Shown in pieces: positions 1 to 14,127 of a DNA stretch of 64,000 bases (the first letter of the stretch is position 1; the number at the start of each line of letters is the position of its first letter). The notes under the pieces were generated by a model. It was not told the DNA's origin and searched no databases. It worked only from the letters and a program-made list of their open reading frames with translations. Made by a program: the position numbers and the translations under genes. The DNA is from Eledone cirrhosa (Eukaryota), in assembly GCA_964016885.1 (NCBI GenBank), contig CAXHJY010000238.1, positions 1-64,000 of the forward strand. Reading direction: 5' to 3'.

Positions 1-3000
1 GTGGATTACAGAGGGGAGGGGCAAGTGGAAGTGTGTAGAGGGGGTGTGGATTACAGAGGGGAGGGGCAAGTGGAAGTGTGTAGAAGGGGTGTGGATTACA
101 GAGGAGAGGGGCAAGTGGAAGTGTGTAGAAGGGGTGTGGATTACAGAGGGGAGGGGCAAGTGGAAGTGTGTAGAGGTGGTGTGGATTACAGAGGGGAGGG
201 GCAAGTGGAAGTGTGTAGAAGGGGTGTGGATTACAGAGGGGAGGGGCAAGTGGAAGTGTGTAGAGGTGGTGTGGATTACAGAGGAGAGGGGCAAGTGGAA
301 GTGTGTAGAGGTGGTGTGGATTACAGAGGAGAGGGGCAAGTGGAAGTGTGTAGAGGGGGTGTGGATTACAGAGGGGAGGGGCAAGTGGAAGTGTGTAGAG
401 GTGGTGTGGATTACAGAGGAGAGGGGCAAGTGGAAGTGTGTAGAGGGGGTGTGGATTACAGAGGGGAGGGGCAAGTGGAAGTGTGTAGAAGGGGTGTGGA
501 TTACAGAGGGGAGGGGCAAGTGGAAGTGTGTAGAGGTGGTGTGGATTACAGAGGGGAGGGGCAAGTGGAAGTGTGTAGAAGGGGTGTGGATTACAGAGGA
601 GAGGGGCAAGTGGAAGTGTGTAGAGGGGGTGTGGATTACAGAGGAGAGGGGCAAGTGGAAGTGTGTAGAGGGGGTGTGGATTACAGAGGGGAGGGGCAAG
701 TGGAAGTGTGTAGAAGGGGTGTGGATTACAGAGGAGAGGGGCAAGTGAAGTGTGTAGAGGGGGTGTGGATTACAGAGGGGAGGGGCAAGTGGAAGTGTGT
801 AGAGTGGTGTGGATTACAGAGGGGAGGGGCAAGTGGAAGTGTGTAGAGGGGGGTGTGGATTACAGAGGAGAGGGGCAAGTGGAAGTGTGTAGAGGGGGTG
901 TGGATTACAGAGGAGAGGGGCAAGTGGAAGTGTGTAGAGGGGGTGTGGATTACAGAGGGGAGGGGCAAGTGGAAGTGTGTAGAAGGGGTGTGGATTACAG
1001 AGGGGAGGGGCAAGTGGAAGTGTGTAGAAGGGGTGTGGATTACAGAGGAGAGGGGCAAGTGAAGTGTGTAGAGGGGGTGTGGATTACAGAGGAGAGGGGC
1101 AAGTGGAAGTGTGTAGAGGGGGTGTGGATTACAGAGGGGAGGGGCAAGTGGAAGTGTGTAGAGGGGGTGTGGATTACAGAGGGGAGGGGCAAATGGAAGT
1201 GTGTAGAAGGGGTGTGGATTACAGAGGAGAGGGGCAAGTGGAAGTGTGTAGAGGGGGTGTGGATTACAGAGGGGAGGGGCAAGTGGAAGTGTGTAGAGGG
1301 GGTGTGGATTACAGAGGAGAGGGGCAAGTGGAAGTGTGTAGAGGGGGTGTGGATTACAGAGGGGAGGGGCAAGTGGAAGTGTGTAGAGGGGGTGTGGATT
1401 ACAGAGGAGAGGGGCAAGTGGAAGTGTGTAGAGGGGGTGTGGATTACAGAGGGGAGGGGCAAGTGGAAGTGTGTAGAAGGGGTGTGGATTACAGAGGGGA
1501 GGGGCAAGTGGAAGTGTGTAGAAGGGGTGTGGATTACAGAGGGGAGGGGCAAGTGGAAGTGTGTAGAAGGGGTGTGGATTACAGAGGAGAGGGGCAAGTG
1601 AAGTGTGTAGAGGGGGTGTGGATTACAGAGGAGAGGGGCAAGTGGAAGTGTGTAGAGGGGGTGTGGATTACAGAGGGGAGGGGCAAGTGGAAGTGTGTAG
1701 AGGGGGTGTGGATTACAGAGGGGAGGGGCAAATGGAAGTGTGTAGAAGGGGTGTGGATTACAGAGGAGAGGGGCAAGTGGAAGTGTGTAGAGGGGGTGTG
1801 GATTACAGAGGGGAGGGGCAAGTGGAAGTGTGTAGAGGGGGTGTGGATTACAGAGGAGAGGGGCAAGTGGAAGTGTGTAGAGGGGGTGTGGATTACAGAG
1901 GGGAGGGGCAAGTGGAAGTGTGTAGAGGGGGTGTGGATTACAGAGGGGAGGGGCAAGTGGAAGTGTGTAGAGGGGGGTGTGGATTACAGAGGAGAGGGGC
2001 AAGTGGAAGTGTGTAGAGGGGGTGTGGATTACAGAGGAGAGGGGCAAGTGAAGTGTGTAGAGGGGGTGTGGATTACAGAGGAGAGGGGCAAGTGGAAGTG
2101 TGTAGAGGGGGGTGTGGATTACAGAGGAGAGGGGCAAGTGGAAGTGTGTAGAGGGGGTGTGGATTACAGAGGGGAGGGGCAAGTGGAAGTGTGTAGAGGG
2201 TGTGTGGATTACAGAGGGGAGGGGCAAGTGGAAGTGTGTAGAGGAGGTGTGGATTACAGAGGGGAGGGGCAAGTGGAAGTGTGTAGAGGAGGTGTGGATT
2301 ACAGAGGGGAGGGGCAAGTGGAAGTGTGTAGAGGGGGTGTGGATTACAGAGGAGAGGGGCAAGTGGAAGTGTGTAGAGGGTGTGTGGATTACAGAGGGGA
2401 GGGGCAAGTGGAAGTGTGTAGAGGGGGTGTGGATTACAGAGGGGAGGGGCAAGTGGAAGTGTGTAGAGGGGGTGTGGATTACAGAGGGGAGGGGCAAGTG
2501 GAAGTGTGTAGAGGGGGTGTGGATTACAGAGGAGAGGGGCAAGTGGAAGTGTGTAGAGGGTGTGTGGATTACAGAGGGGAGGGGCAAGTGGAAGTGTGTA
2601 GAGGAGGTGTGGATTACAGAGGGGAGGGGCAAGTGGAAGTGTGTAGAGGGGGTGTGGATTACAGAGGGGAGGGGCAAGTGGAAGTGTGTAGAGGGTGTGT
2701 GGATTACAGAGGGGAGGGGCAAGTGGAAGTGTGTAGAGGAGGTGTGGATTACAGAGGGGAGGGGCAAGTGGAAGTGTGTAGAAGGGGTGTGGATTACAGA
2801 GGAGAGGGGCAAGTGGAAGTGTGTAGAGGGGGTGTGGATTACAGAGGAGAGGGGCAAGTGGAAGTGTGTAGAGGGTGTGTGGATTACAGAGGGGAGGGGC
2901 AAGTGGAAGTGTGTAGAGGGGGTGTGGATTACAGAGGGGAGGGGCAAGTGGAAGTGTGTAGAAGGGGTGTGGATTACAGAGGGGAGGGGCAAGTGGAAGT

Positions 3001-6000
3001 GTGTAGAAGGGGTGTGGATTACAGAGGAGAGGGGCAAGTGGAAGTGTGTAGAGGGGGTGTGGATTACAGAGGAGAGGGGCAAGTGAAGTGTGTAGAGGGG
3101 GTGTGGATTACAGAGGGGAGGGGCAAGTGGAAGTGTGTAGAGGGGGTGTGGATTACAGAGGAGAGGGGCAAGTGAAGTGTGTAGAGGGGGTGTGGATTAC
3201 AGAGGGGAGGGGCAAATGGAAGTGTGTAGAGGGGGTGTGGATTACAGAGGGGAGGGGCAAGTGGAAGTGTGTAGAGGGGGTGTGGATTACAGAGGGGAGG
3301 GGCAAGTGGAAGTGTGTAGAGGGGGTGTGGATTACAGAGGGGAGGGGCAAATGGAAGTGTGTAGAGGGGGTGTGGATTACAGAGGAGAGGGGCAAGTGAA
3401 GTGTGTAGAGGGGGTGTGGATTACAGAGGGGAGGGGCAAGTGGAAGTGTGTAGAGGGGGTGTGGATTACAGAGGGGAGGGGCAAGTGAAGTGTGTAGAGG
3501 GGGGTGTGGATTACAGAGGAGAGGGGCAAGTGGAAGTGTGTAGAGGGGGTGTGGATTACAGAGGGGAGGGGCAAGTGGAAGTGTGTAGAGGGGGTGTGGA
3601 TTACAGAGGAGAGGGGCAAGTGGAAGTGTGTAGAGGGGGTGTGGATTACAGAGGAGAGGGGCAAGTGGAAGTGTGTAGAGGGGGTGTGGATTACAGAGGG
3701 GAGGGGCAAATGGAAGTGTGTAGAAGGGGTGTGGATTACAGAGGGGAGGGGCAAGTGGAAGTGTGTAGAGGGGGTGTGGATTACAGAGGAGAGGGGCAAG
3801 TGGAAGTGTGTAGAGTGGTGTGGATTACAGAGGGGAGGGGCAAGTGGAAGTGTGTAGAGGGGGTGTGGATTACAGAGGGGAGGGGCAAGTGGAAGTGTGT
3901 AGAAGGGGTGTGGATTACAGAGGGGAGGGGCAAGTGGAAGTGTGTAGAAGGGGTGTGGATTACAGAGGGGAGGGGCAAGTGGAAGTGTGTAGAGGGGGTG
4001 TGGATTACAGAGGGGAGGGGCAAGTGGAAGTGTGTAGAGGGGGTGTGGATTACAGAGGAGAGGGGCAAGTGGAAGTGTGTAGAGGGGGTGTGGATTACAG
4101 AGGAGAGGGGCAAGTGGAAGTGTGTAGAGGGGGTGTGGATTACAGAGGAGAGGGGCAAGTGGAAGTGTGTAGAGTGGTGTGGATTACAGAGGGGAGGGGC
4201 AAGTGGAAGTGTGTAGAGGGGGTGTGGATTACAGAGGGGAGGGGCAAGTGGAAGTGTGTAGAAGGGGTGTGGATTACAGAGGGGAGGGGCAAGTGGAAGT
4301 GTGTAGAGGGGGTGTGGATTACAGAGGAGAGGGGCAAGTGGAAGTGTGTAGAGGGGGTGTGGATTACAGAGGAGAGGGGCAAGTGGAAGTGTGTAGAGGG
4401 GGTGTGGATTACAGAGGGGAGGGGCAAATGGAAGTGTGTAGAAGGGGTGTGGATTACAGAGGGGAGGGGCAAGTGGAAGTGTGTAGAGGGGGTGTGGATT
4501 ACAGAGGAGAGGGGCAAGTGGAAGTGTGTAGAGTGGTGTGGATTACAGAGGGGAGGGGCAAGTGGAAGTGTGTAGAGGGGGTGTGGATTACAGAGGGGAG
4601 GGGCAAGTGGAAGTGTGTAGAAGGGGTGTGGATTACAGAGGGGAGGGGCAAGTGGAAGTGTGTAGAAGGGGTGTGGATTACAGAGGGGAGGGGCAAGTGG
4701 AAGTGTGTAGAGGGGGTGTGGATTACAGAGGGGAGGGGCAAGTGGAAGTGTGTAGAGGGGGTGTGGATTACAGAGGAGAGGGGCAAGTGGAAGTGTGTAG
4801 AGGGGGTGTGGATTACAGAGGAGAGGGGCAAGTGGAAGTGTGTAGAGGGGGTGTGGATTACAGAGGAGAGGGGCAAGTGGAAGTGTGTAGAGTGGTGTGG
4901 ATTACAGAGGGGAGGGGCAAGTGGAAGTGTGTAGAGGGGGTGTGGATTACAGAGGGGAGGGGCAAGTGGAAGTGTGTAGAAGGGGTGTGGATTACAGAGG
5001 GGAGGGGCAAGTGGAAGTGTGTAGAAGGGGTGTGGATTACAGAGGGGAGGGGCAAGTGGAAGTGTGTAGAGGGGGTGTGGATTACAGAGGGGAGGGGCAA
5101 GTGGAAGTGTGTAGAAGGGGTGTGGATTACAGAGGGGAGGGGCAAGTGGAAGTGTGTAGAGGGGGTGTGGATTACAGGGGGGAGGGGCAAGTGAAGTGTG
5201 TAGAGGGGGTGTGGATTACAGAGGGGAGGGGCAAGTGGAAGTGTGTTGAGGGGGTGTGGATTACAGAGGAGAGGGGCAAGTGGAAGTGTGTAGAGGGGGT
5301 GTGGATTACAGAGGGGAGGGGCAAATGGAAGTGTGTAGAAGGGGTGTGGATTACAGAGGAGAGGGGCAAGTGGAAGTGTGTAGAGGGGGTGTGGATTACA
5401 GAGGAGAGGGGCAAGTGGAAGTGTGTAGAAGGGGTGTGGATTACAGAGGAGAGGGGCAAGTGGAAGTGTGTAGAGGGGGTGTGGATTACAGAGGGGAGGG
5501 GCAAGTGGAAGTGTGTAGAAGGGGTGTGGATTACAGAGGAGAGGGGCAAGTGGAAGTGTGTAGAAGGGGTGTGGATTACAGAGGAGAGGGGCAAGTGGAA
5601 GTGTGTAGAGGGGGTGTGGATTACAGAGGGGAGGGGCAAATGGAAGTGTGTAGAAGGGGTGTGGATTACAGAGGAGAGGGGCAAGTGGAAGTGTGTAGAG
5701 GGGGTGTGGATTACAGAGGAGAGGGGCAAGTGGAAGTGTGTAGAAGGGGTGTGGATTACAGAGGAGAGGGGCAAGTGGAAGTGTGTAGAGGGGGTGTGGA
5801 TTACAGAGGGGAGGGGCAAGTGGAAGTGTGTAGAAGGGGTGTGGATTACAGAGGAGAGGGGCAAGTGGAAGTGTGTAGAAGGGGTGTGGATTACAGAGGA
5901 GAGGGGCAAGTGGAAGTGTGTAGAGGGGGTGTGGATTACAGAGGAGAGGGGCAAGTGGAAGTGTGTAGAGGGGGTGTGGATTACAGAGGAGAGGGGCAAG

Positions 6001-8716
6001 TGGAAGTGTGTAGAAGGGGTGTGGATTACAGAGGGGAGGGGCAAGTGGAAGTGTGTAGAGGGGGTGTGGATTACAGAGGGGAGGGGCAAGTGGAAGTGTG
6101 TAGAAGGGGTGTGGATTACAGAGGGGAGGGGCAAGTGGAAGTGTGTAGAGGGGGTGTGGATTACAGAGGGGAGGGGCAAGTGGAAGTGTGTAGAGGGGGT
6201 GTGGATTACAGAGGGGAGGGGCAAGTGGAAGTGTGTAGAAGGGGTGTGGATTACAGAGGAGAGGGGCAAGTGGAAGTGTGTAGAGGGGGTGTGGATTACA
6301 GAGGAGAGGGGCAAGTGGAAGTGTGTAGAGGGGGTGTGGATTACAGAGGGGAGGGGCAAGTGGAAGTGTGTAGAAGGGGTGTGGATTACAGAGGAGAGGG
6401 GCAAGTGGAAGTGTGTAGAGGGGGTGTGGATTACAGAGGAGAGGGGCAAGTGGAAGTGTGTAGAGGGGGTGTGGATTACAGAGGAGAGGGGCAAGTGGAA
6501 GTGTGTAGAGGGGGTGTGGATTACAGAGGAGAGGGGCAAGTGGAAGTGTGTAGAGGGGGTGTGGATTACAGAGGGGAGGGGCAAGTGGAAGTGTGTAGAA
6601 GGGGTGTGGATTACAGAGGAGAGGGGCAAGTGGAAGTGTGTAGAGGGGGTGTGGATTACAGAGGAGAGGGGCAAGTGGAAGTGTGTAGAGGGGGTGTGGA
6701 TTACAGAGGGGAGGGGCAAGTGGAAGTGTGTAGAGGGGGTGTGGATTACAGAGGGGAGGGGCAAGTGGAAGTGTGTAGAAGGGGTGTGGATTACAGAGGA
6801 GAGGGGCAAGTGGAAGTGTGTAGAGGGGGTGTGGATTACAGAGGGGAGGGGCAAGTGGAAGTGTGTAGAGGGGGTGTGGATTACAGGGGGAGGGGCAAGT
6901 GGAAGTGTGTAGAGGGGGTGTGGATTACAGAGGGGAGGGGCAAGTGGAAGTGTGTAGAGGGGGTGTGGATTACAGGGGGAGGGGCAAGTGGAAGTGTGTA
7001 GAGGGGGTGTGGATTACAGAGGAGAGGGGCAAGTGGAAGTGTGTAGAGGGGGTGTGGATTACAGGGGGAGGGGCAAGTGGAAGTGTGTAGAGGGGGTGTG
7101 GATTACAGAGGGGAGGGGCAAGTGGAAGTGTGTAGAGGGGGTGTGGATTACAGGGGGAGGGGCAAGTGGAAGTGTGTAGAGGGGGTGTGGATTACAGAGG
7201 AGAGGGGCAAGTGGAAGTGTGTAGAAGGGGTGTGGATTACAGAGGGGAGGGACAAGTGGAAGTGTGTAGAGGGGGTGTGGATTACAGAGGGGAGGGGCAA
7301 GTGGAAGTGTGTAGAGGGGGTGTGGATTACAGGGGGAGGGGCAAGTGGAAGTGTGTAGAGGGGGTGTGGATTACAGAGGAGAGGGGCAAGTGGAAGTGTG
7401 TAGAGGGGGTGTGGATTACAGGGGGAGGGGCAAGTGGAAGTGTGTAGAGGGGGTGTGGATTACAGAGGGGAGGGGCAAGTGGAAGTGTGTAGAGGGGGTG
7501 TGGATTACAGGGGGAGGGGCAAGTGGAAGTGTGTAGAGGGGGTGTGGATTACAGAGGAGAGGGGCAAGTGGAAGTGTGTAGAGGGGGTGTGGATTACAGG
7601 GGGAGGGGCAAGTGGAAGTGTGTAGAGGGGGTGTGGATTACAGAGGGGAGGGGCAAGTGGAAGTGTGTAGAGGGGGTGTGGATTACAGGGGGAGGGGCAA
7701 GTGGAAGTGTGTAGAGGGGGTGTGGATTACAGAGGAGAGGGACAAGTGGAAGTGTGTAGAGGGGGTGTGGATTACAGAGGGGAGGGGCAAGTGGAAGTGT
7801 GTAGAGGGGGTGTGGATTACAGAGGGGAGGGGCAAGTGGAAGTGTGTAGAGGGGGTGTGGATTACAGAGGGGAGGGGCAAGTGAAGTGTGTAGAGGGGGT
7901 GTGGATTACAGAGGGGAGGGGCAAATGGAAGTGTGTAGAAGGGGTGTGGATTACAGAGGGGAGGGACAAGTGGAAGTGTGTAGAGGGGGTGTGGATTACA
8001 GAGGGGAGGGGCAAGTGGAAGTGTGTAGAGGGGGTGTGGATTACAGAGGGGAGGGGCAAGTGAAGTGTGTAGAGGGGGTGTGGATTACAGAGGGGAGGGG
8101 CAAGTGGAAGTGTGTAGAGGGGGTGTGGATTACAGAGGGGAGGGGCAAATGGAAGTGTGTAGAAGGGGGTGTGGATTACAGAGGGGAGGGACAAGTGGAA
8201 GTGTGTAGAGGGGGTGTGGATTACAGAGGGGAGGGGCAAGTGGAAGTGTGTAGAGGGGGGTGTGGATTACAGAGGAGAGGGGCAAGTGGAAGTGTGTAGA
8301 GGGGTGTGGATTACAGAGGAGAGGGGCAAATGGAAGTGTGTAGAAGGGGTGTGGATTACAGAGGGGAGGGGCAAGTGGAAGTGTGTAGAGGGGTGTGGAT
8401 TACAGAGGAGAGGGGCAAGTGGAAGTGTGTAGAGGGGTGTGGATTACAGAGGAGAGGGGCAAGTGGAAGTGTGTAGAGGGGTGTGGATTACAGAGGAGAG
8501 GGGCAAGTGGAAGTGTGTAGAAGGGGTGTGGATTACAGAGGGGAGGGGCAAGTGGAAGTGTGTAGAGGGGGTGTGGATTACAGAGGAGAGGGGCAAGTGG
8601 AAGTGTGTAGAGGGGTGTGGATTACAGAGGAGAGGGGCAAGTGGAAGTGTGTAGAAGGGGTGTGGATTACAGAGGAGAGGGGCAAGTGGAAGTGTGTAGA
8701 GGGGGTGTGGATTACA
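1..8716. repeat. 45-bp G-rich tandem satellite, ~194 copies, truncated by window start
   Basis: Unit GTGGATTACAGAGG(G/A)GAGGGGCAAGTGGAAGTGTGTAGA(G/A)GGGGT repeated continuously to ~8716, with 44/46-bp indel variants. Confidence 0.99.
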
Positions 8717-9059
8717 AAGAATTGAACTTAGAACATAAAGGGCCAAAGCTATATGCAGCAAAGTATTATATAATAGTAGTAATTGGCTGAACTGATGGAC
8801 CTCAGTCTGACCCAAGGATGAGTGTTCAAGTTGTTTGATCATGAGGTTAATGAGGAAGTGGCTGAGCATTCCACAGACATGAGTACTCATAACCTAATTT
8901 TCAAGCAAATCCAACACAACACAGTTAGTGACAAAACTGGCCCTTGGAATTACAAGTACAGTCCATCTGAATTACAAGTACAGTCCAACTGTGTGGAAGC
9001 CTGCTTCCACACAGTTTCTGTCTACCCAATTCTACTGACAAGACATGGGAAGACATTAT

Positions 9060-9385
9060 CATTCATTCATCATTTCATTTTACGTCTGCCTTTTCCCTGC
9101 TTGCAAGGGTGGGATGGAAACTGATTCTGGCTTGAGTTCTACAGCTGGATGCCCTTCCTAACACCAACCTCATTTACAGTGAGTGGTGGGTGCTTTTTGC
9201 CGTGGCACCTCCACGACCACTTTACAGTGAGTGGTGGGTGCTTTTTTGCCGTGGCACCTCCACGACCACTTTGCAATGGAATGATATGGACCCCAGTCCC
9301 TATCATCTCATTTCTACAGCTGAGTAAACTGGAGCAATGTGAAATAAAGTGCCTTGCTCAAGGAAACAACACATCACCCGGTCTA
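9060..9385 (-). mobile_element. SINE family A, head truncated
   Basis: Near identity to the other family A copies. Confidence 0.85.
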
Positions 9386-9894
9386 TGGTAAATGACACGT
9401 TACCCAAGATGTCACACAGTGGGATTAAAACTGGGACCTAATGGTTACAAAACAAACTCCCTAACCATTCAGCTACACTAAGAGGCATAACTAGGGAAAA
9501 TAGTGCCTATGGCAAGCAGTGAAATTGCACTGCTACCCAGCACTGTATTTTTATCTATGGGTCTAGTAATTTATATAAAAGGTTTAATGATCCAGTCACC
9601 ATAGTGTTTCTCACCCATGATAATAAGAGACAGATCATACATCTGAAGGAGTTTCTTCTTTCACTCACCAACGAGGCTTATTCGAATTTAATAGAATGTC
9701 CAAGTGGTGCATTCACTGTGCCTACACTGCATCAACAGAGGGTAGTGAAATTAGAATTGGACTAGTAAGGTTTATGTTAATATGTAAACAGATGATTGTA
9801 ATAGTATGGTTATATATATATTGATGATAATATGTAAACCAGAGGTTCTCAAACTTTTTGGGTATACACACACATATATATATATATATGCATA

Positions 9895-10395
9895 TCATCA
9901 TCACCATTTTACGTCCGTTCTTCCACGCTAGCATGAGTTAGACGGGTTGTCCTGTTGTGGGCAGTGTCTGGTCGGCTGACCATGCCTTGCTCATACAGCA
10001 ACTGATTTGGCTTGATTTCTACAGCTGGATGCCCTTCCTAACACCAACCTCATTTACAGTGTGGACTGGGAGGTTTTTTACCGTGTTATCTACACGACCA
10101 CATTACAGTGTGAACTGTTTGTTTTTTTGTCGTGGCACTTACACGACCTCATTTATTTAGGACTGGATGTTATGGTACCAACATAACTTTACAGCGAAAG
10201 GGGTGGTGTAGATGGGGGTGGGATAGGGGTACTGGGATTGGGGTGTATATTTGGTTAAGAGGTGCCTACTGACTGTAGGTTTCGCTTTGTACTTAGACAA
10301 GGCGGGTCTTCGGTATTACTGCGTAGCGCCAAAGATCTCGGTCCAGTGACATTGTCTTAGAGAGGTGTAAGTGTGTAAGGTCTGAATTTATCAAT
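9895..10395 (-). mobile_element. RTE LINE extreme 3' end (ORF end + 3' UTR + (GAT)n tail)
   Basis: Minus strand encodes INSDLTHLHLSKTMSLDRDLWRYAV; 3' UTR shared with the other RTE copies. Confidence 0.8.
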
Positions 10396-10704
10396 ACTTG
10401 TTTATATATATATATATATATATGTGTGTGAGTGACCATATATACACACACACATACACTCATTGTGCCACTATTTGGTAAGCCGATAGTCAGTGTGTCT
10501 CTACAGCAAACATGTTTATTCCCTTCCCAATAATATTTCCACAACATCCATCTCCATCATATAATACCAACCACCATCCTCTAATTAGTAGCAGACGGCC
10601 TGCACAGAAAGTGGTCTTCATTTTTTTTATTTGTATTCTTCTACAAAGTCGAAACAGACAGACTACACAAGAGCCATATATATATATATATAAATATAAA
10701 TATA

Positions 10705-11612
10705 TATCATCATCATCGTTTAACGTCCATCTTGCATGGGTTTGGACGGGAGGTTTCCCACTTGAGGCAAGATTTGTTGTCCTGCTCGTATAGAACTGTC
10801 TGGCTTGATTTCTACGGCTGCATGCCCTTCCTAACACCAACCACGTTTACAGTGTGGACTGTGTGCTTTTTTTGTCGTGACACCTACACGACCTCATTTG
10901 TTTCGGACTGGATGTTGTGGTACCAACATAACTTCACATTTAAGAGGGTGGTGTGGGGGTAGTGGGACGGGGGGGGGGGGGTTATTTTGTTAGAGTTGCC
11001 TACTGACTGTAGGTTTCGCTTTGTACTTAGGCAAGGCGGGTCTTCTGTATGACTGTGTAGCGCCAAAGATCTCGGTCCAGTGACATTGTTTTGGAGAGGT
11101 GTAAGTGTGTGAGGTCGGAATTTATCAAGTCGTCCCAGGTTTTTCTGGGTCTGCCTAATCCGTGGCTACCGTCTATTTTTATCGCCCTGCACTTTTTTAT
11201 ACAGCTGTCGTCTTTCATGCGCATCACGTGACCGTACCAACGTAGTCTTCTCTCGAGTAAACAACATCTGATCCCTCTTATTCCTAATTTCTCCCTTAGT
11301 TCGTTTATGCTTTGCCGTTCACGTATATTACTATTACACATCCAGCGGAGCATGCAAGCTTCGTTTCTCTCCAGTCTGCGTATATCCTCTGCACACAATG
11401 CCCAGGTCTCACTGCCACGTAACATTGCTGTTCGTATGCAGGCATCATACAGCCTGCCTTTCATTTTTAGGGAGAACCCTTTAGCGGCTAATAGCGGTAT
11501 AAGCTCTCTGAACTTTTTCCATCCCGTTCTGACTCTAGCTACTGTACTTTCAGAGCACCCTCCCCCACTGCTGATTTTGTCACCCAGGTAACGGAAGGTG
11601 TCCACTATTTCT
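10705..11612 (-). mobile_element. 5'-truncated RTE-clade LINE
   Basis: ORF 11027..11794 contains FRYLGD...KGRLYDACIRTAML.GSETW...RRLRWYGHVMR...GRPRKTW, followed by 3' UTR and (GAT)n. Confidence 0.9.
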
Positions 11613-11799
11613 ATATATATTTTTTTTTTTTTGGGGGGGGGGGGGGGGGGTCGTTTTGGAATCCTCAACAATGCAGATGGGTAAATCTCCGGGTAACAGA
11701 ATCCGGTGGTGAAGAGAGAGATGTAAGAGGAAATGTAGAATGAGATGTATAGTGTGGAAAGAGGAAAGAGCGTAAAAAATAAAAACAATAACACGAGAT

Positions 11800-13785
11800 A
11801 GAGTTACCGAGGAGGTACGGGTACTTCACCAATGCAGTGGCAGAGCAAGTGAGACCCTGGTGCTGAGGAGAAAGAACAAAAGGAAGCACGTCAGCTCTGC
11901 AGACCCAAAAGTGTGTGCAGCCAGAGAACACCTGAAAGCTGCCAAGGACCAATTCTATGCTGATCCTACAGAGGACAGGAAGGAAAATATGGAGGTGATG
12001 AGGGAATAACTCTGTACCGTTTACACTGAGGCCAGAGAGGAGGCACTGATAGAGAAGATCAGAAGTGTGGAGAGAGCGGTTGGCAGGTCTGGATGTAAGG
12101 AGAGCTGGATGATCATCAACGAGATCTCAGGGAGGAAGAGATAGAACAGGAAGAGATAGAAGAGATAGAACAGGGCCAGAGGATAGAAAGGGGAAATGGC
12201 TGGACCATTTTAGGACTCTACTAGGAGAGCCGCCCTCCACAGCCCAGAACACTGGAGGGATCAGGTGGCTGTTTGAGGAACTGGATATTGAGACAGGGCC
12301 CTTCACCAGAGAGGAGCTTCAGAGAGCCAAGAAGAAGATCAAGGAGGGCAAGGCTCATGAAGAAGATGGAGTGGTATCAGAGGTGTGATTTTGATGATAT
12401 CATCCTGGAGTTCTGTAGCCAGGCACTGGAGAAAGGAGTTGCCCCGAATCAGTGGAGGATCAGTAACATCATCCCAGTGCCAAAGAAGGGAGATCTCTCT
12501 AACACCAACAACTACCGGGGGATCTCACTGACGTCACTTGTGGCAAAGACCCTCAATAGGATCATTCTTACCAGGATCCAGCCCGAGATGGAGAAGAAGC
12601 TCAGGGACAACCAGAACGGCTTCAGAGAGGGAAGATCAACCACCAGTCACATCCTGATGCTGAGGAGGATATTAGAGGAAGCTAGAGCAAATTGCCTTCC
12701 TGCGGTCATGGTTTTCATTGACTTTAGGAAGGCCTTTGATTCTGTGGACTGTCACTGCCTGATGAAGATCTTACAGGCTTATGGAATCCCCAAGAAGCTA
12801 GTGGACCTGATATCACTGCTCTACACCAACACCCAAGTCATTACACCTGATGGGATGACAGAGTTCTTTTAGACACTGGCTGGAGTGCTCCAGGGAGATA
12901 CATTGGCTCCCTACCTCTTTATCATCGTAGTGGACTATTGGATGCGGCTTGCGCTGGAGAAACACCAGGACTCTGGCTTTATGGTAACACCGGCTCAGAG
13001 CTGGAGAGTTAAGGCAAAAAAGATATCGGATGCTGAATTTGCCGACGACATAGTTTTGGTGACAAACACAGTGAAGGAGACAGAGGATTTGATGCAGGAG
13101 GTGGAGACTATGTCAATGAGTGTGGGGCTGAGAATGAATGAGATTAAGACAAAATATCTGGTAGAGAATATTAAGAAGCCAGAGAAGATTACTAATGTAG
13201 GCGGGAAGCCGCTAGAATTGGTTGAGGAATTCCTGTATTTGGGAGCAAAGATTGGGAATATGGAAGATGATGTGGTTGAGAGGAAGAGCAAAGCCTGGGC
13301 GGCGTGTTACAGCTTGAGATCGGTGTGGAAGTTGGACCTTCGTAAAGACCTGAAGATCCGCCTCTTCATTGCTGTACTGGAGTCTGTGTTGCTGTATGGG
13401 TCTGAGACTTGGACACTGACCAAGAAACTCACTGAGATGGTGGATGGGTGCTACACGAGAATGCTGAGGATGGCTCTGAACATTAATCAGTATAAACTGC
13501 GGATGAAGAACGCAGAGCTGTACGGGAGCCTCCCAAAGGTCAACTCAAATATGACACAGAGGAGACTGAGGTTAGCTGGACATGCTCACCGACGTTCCAG
13601 AGTTGACACTGCACTCAGTGCTCCTGTGGGAGCCCTTACATGGACACACTGGAAGAGCAAGTCCGAAGTTAACATATGTTGATGCCCTAAGGACAGACAC
13701 TGGTCTGTTGGAGACGCAGGACATGGCAGCGATAATGAGGGACAGAGACCGCTGGATCTCGGAAACTTTACCCACCCTGGATAGG
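11800..13785 (+). mobile_element. Degenerate non-LTR retrotransposon RT (RTE/RTEX-like, second family)
   Basis: PVPKKGDLSNTNNYRGISL, QNGFREGRST, FIDFRKAFDSV, QGDTLAPYLF, FADD, YLG, LYGSETW motifs, with a stop and frameshifts. Confidence 0.9.
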
Positions 13786-13796
13786 ATATATATATG

Positions 13797-14104
13797 CAGT
13801 GGTCACCCGCTATTCGCAGGGGTTATGTTCCCAGAACACACACAAAGAGTGAAAAACCGCGAATATTGGATGTGATTCATAAAAATGCCTATGAAAGTCA
13901 AAACATAATGTATAATATAGGCCGGCAAATACGGTATATTGTTATTAATAATTTAGCGTTGAAAAGCGTGAAAAAATATATATATATTGCCACGGAAATA
14001 TATGTATTGCCATTAAAAAATCGCGGAAGATAGTTTCGGTGGTTTCCACGAACAATTATTAGTTAGATACTAAGGAAAATTCTACGAATGTCGGGGGTAG
14101 ACTG
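13797..14104. mobile_element. pogo/Tigger-like MITE
   Basis: Imperfect TIRs CAGTGGTCACCCGCTATTCG / CGAATGTCGGGGGTAGACTG inserted in a TA context. Confidence 0.65.
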
Positions 14105-14127
14105 TATATATAATATATAAATATATA

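Noticed and set aside
1-8716. CRISPR-like array
   Set aside because: No unique spacers and no cas genes; eukaryotic context
1-8725. Long ORFs (up to 703 aa) of VDYRGEGQVEVCRGG / WITEGRGKWKCVEGV / PLPSVIHTPSTHFHL repeats
   Set aside because: A 45-bp unit without stops in several frames; frequent 1-bp indels switch frames, so there is no sign of coding constraint
8780-8960. Possible minus-strand exon next to the satellite
   Set aside because: Weak donor, and the sequence resembles an old SINE body (related sequence at ~33690-33800)
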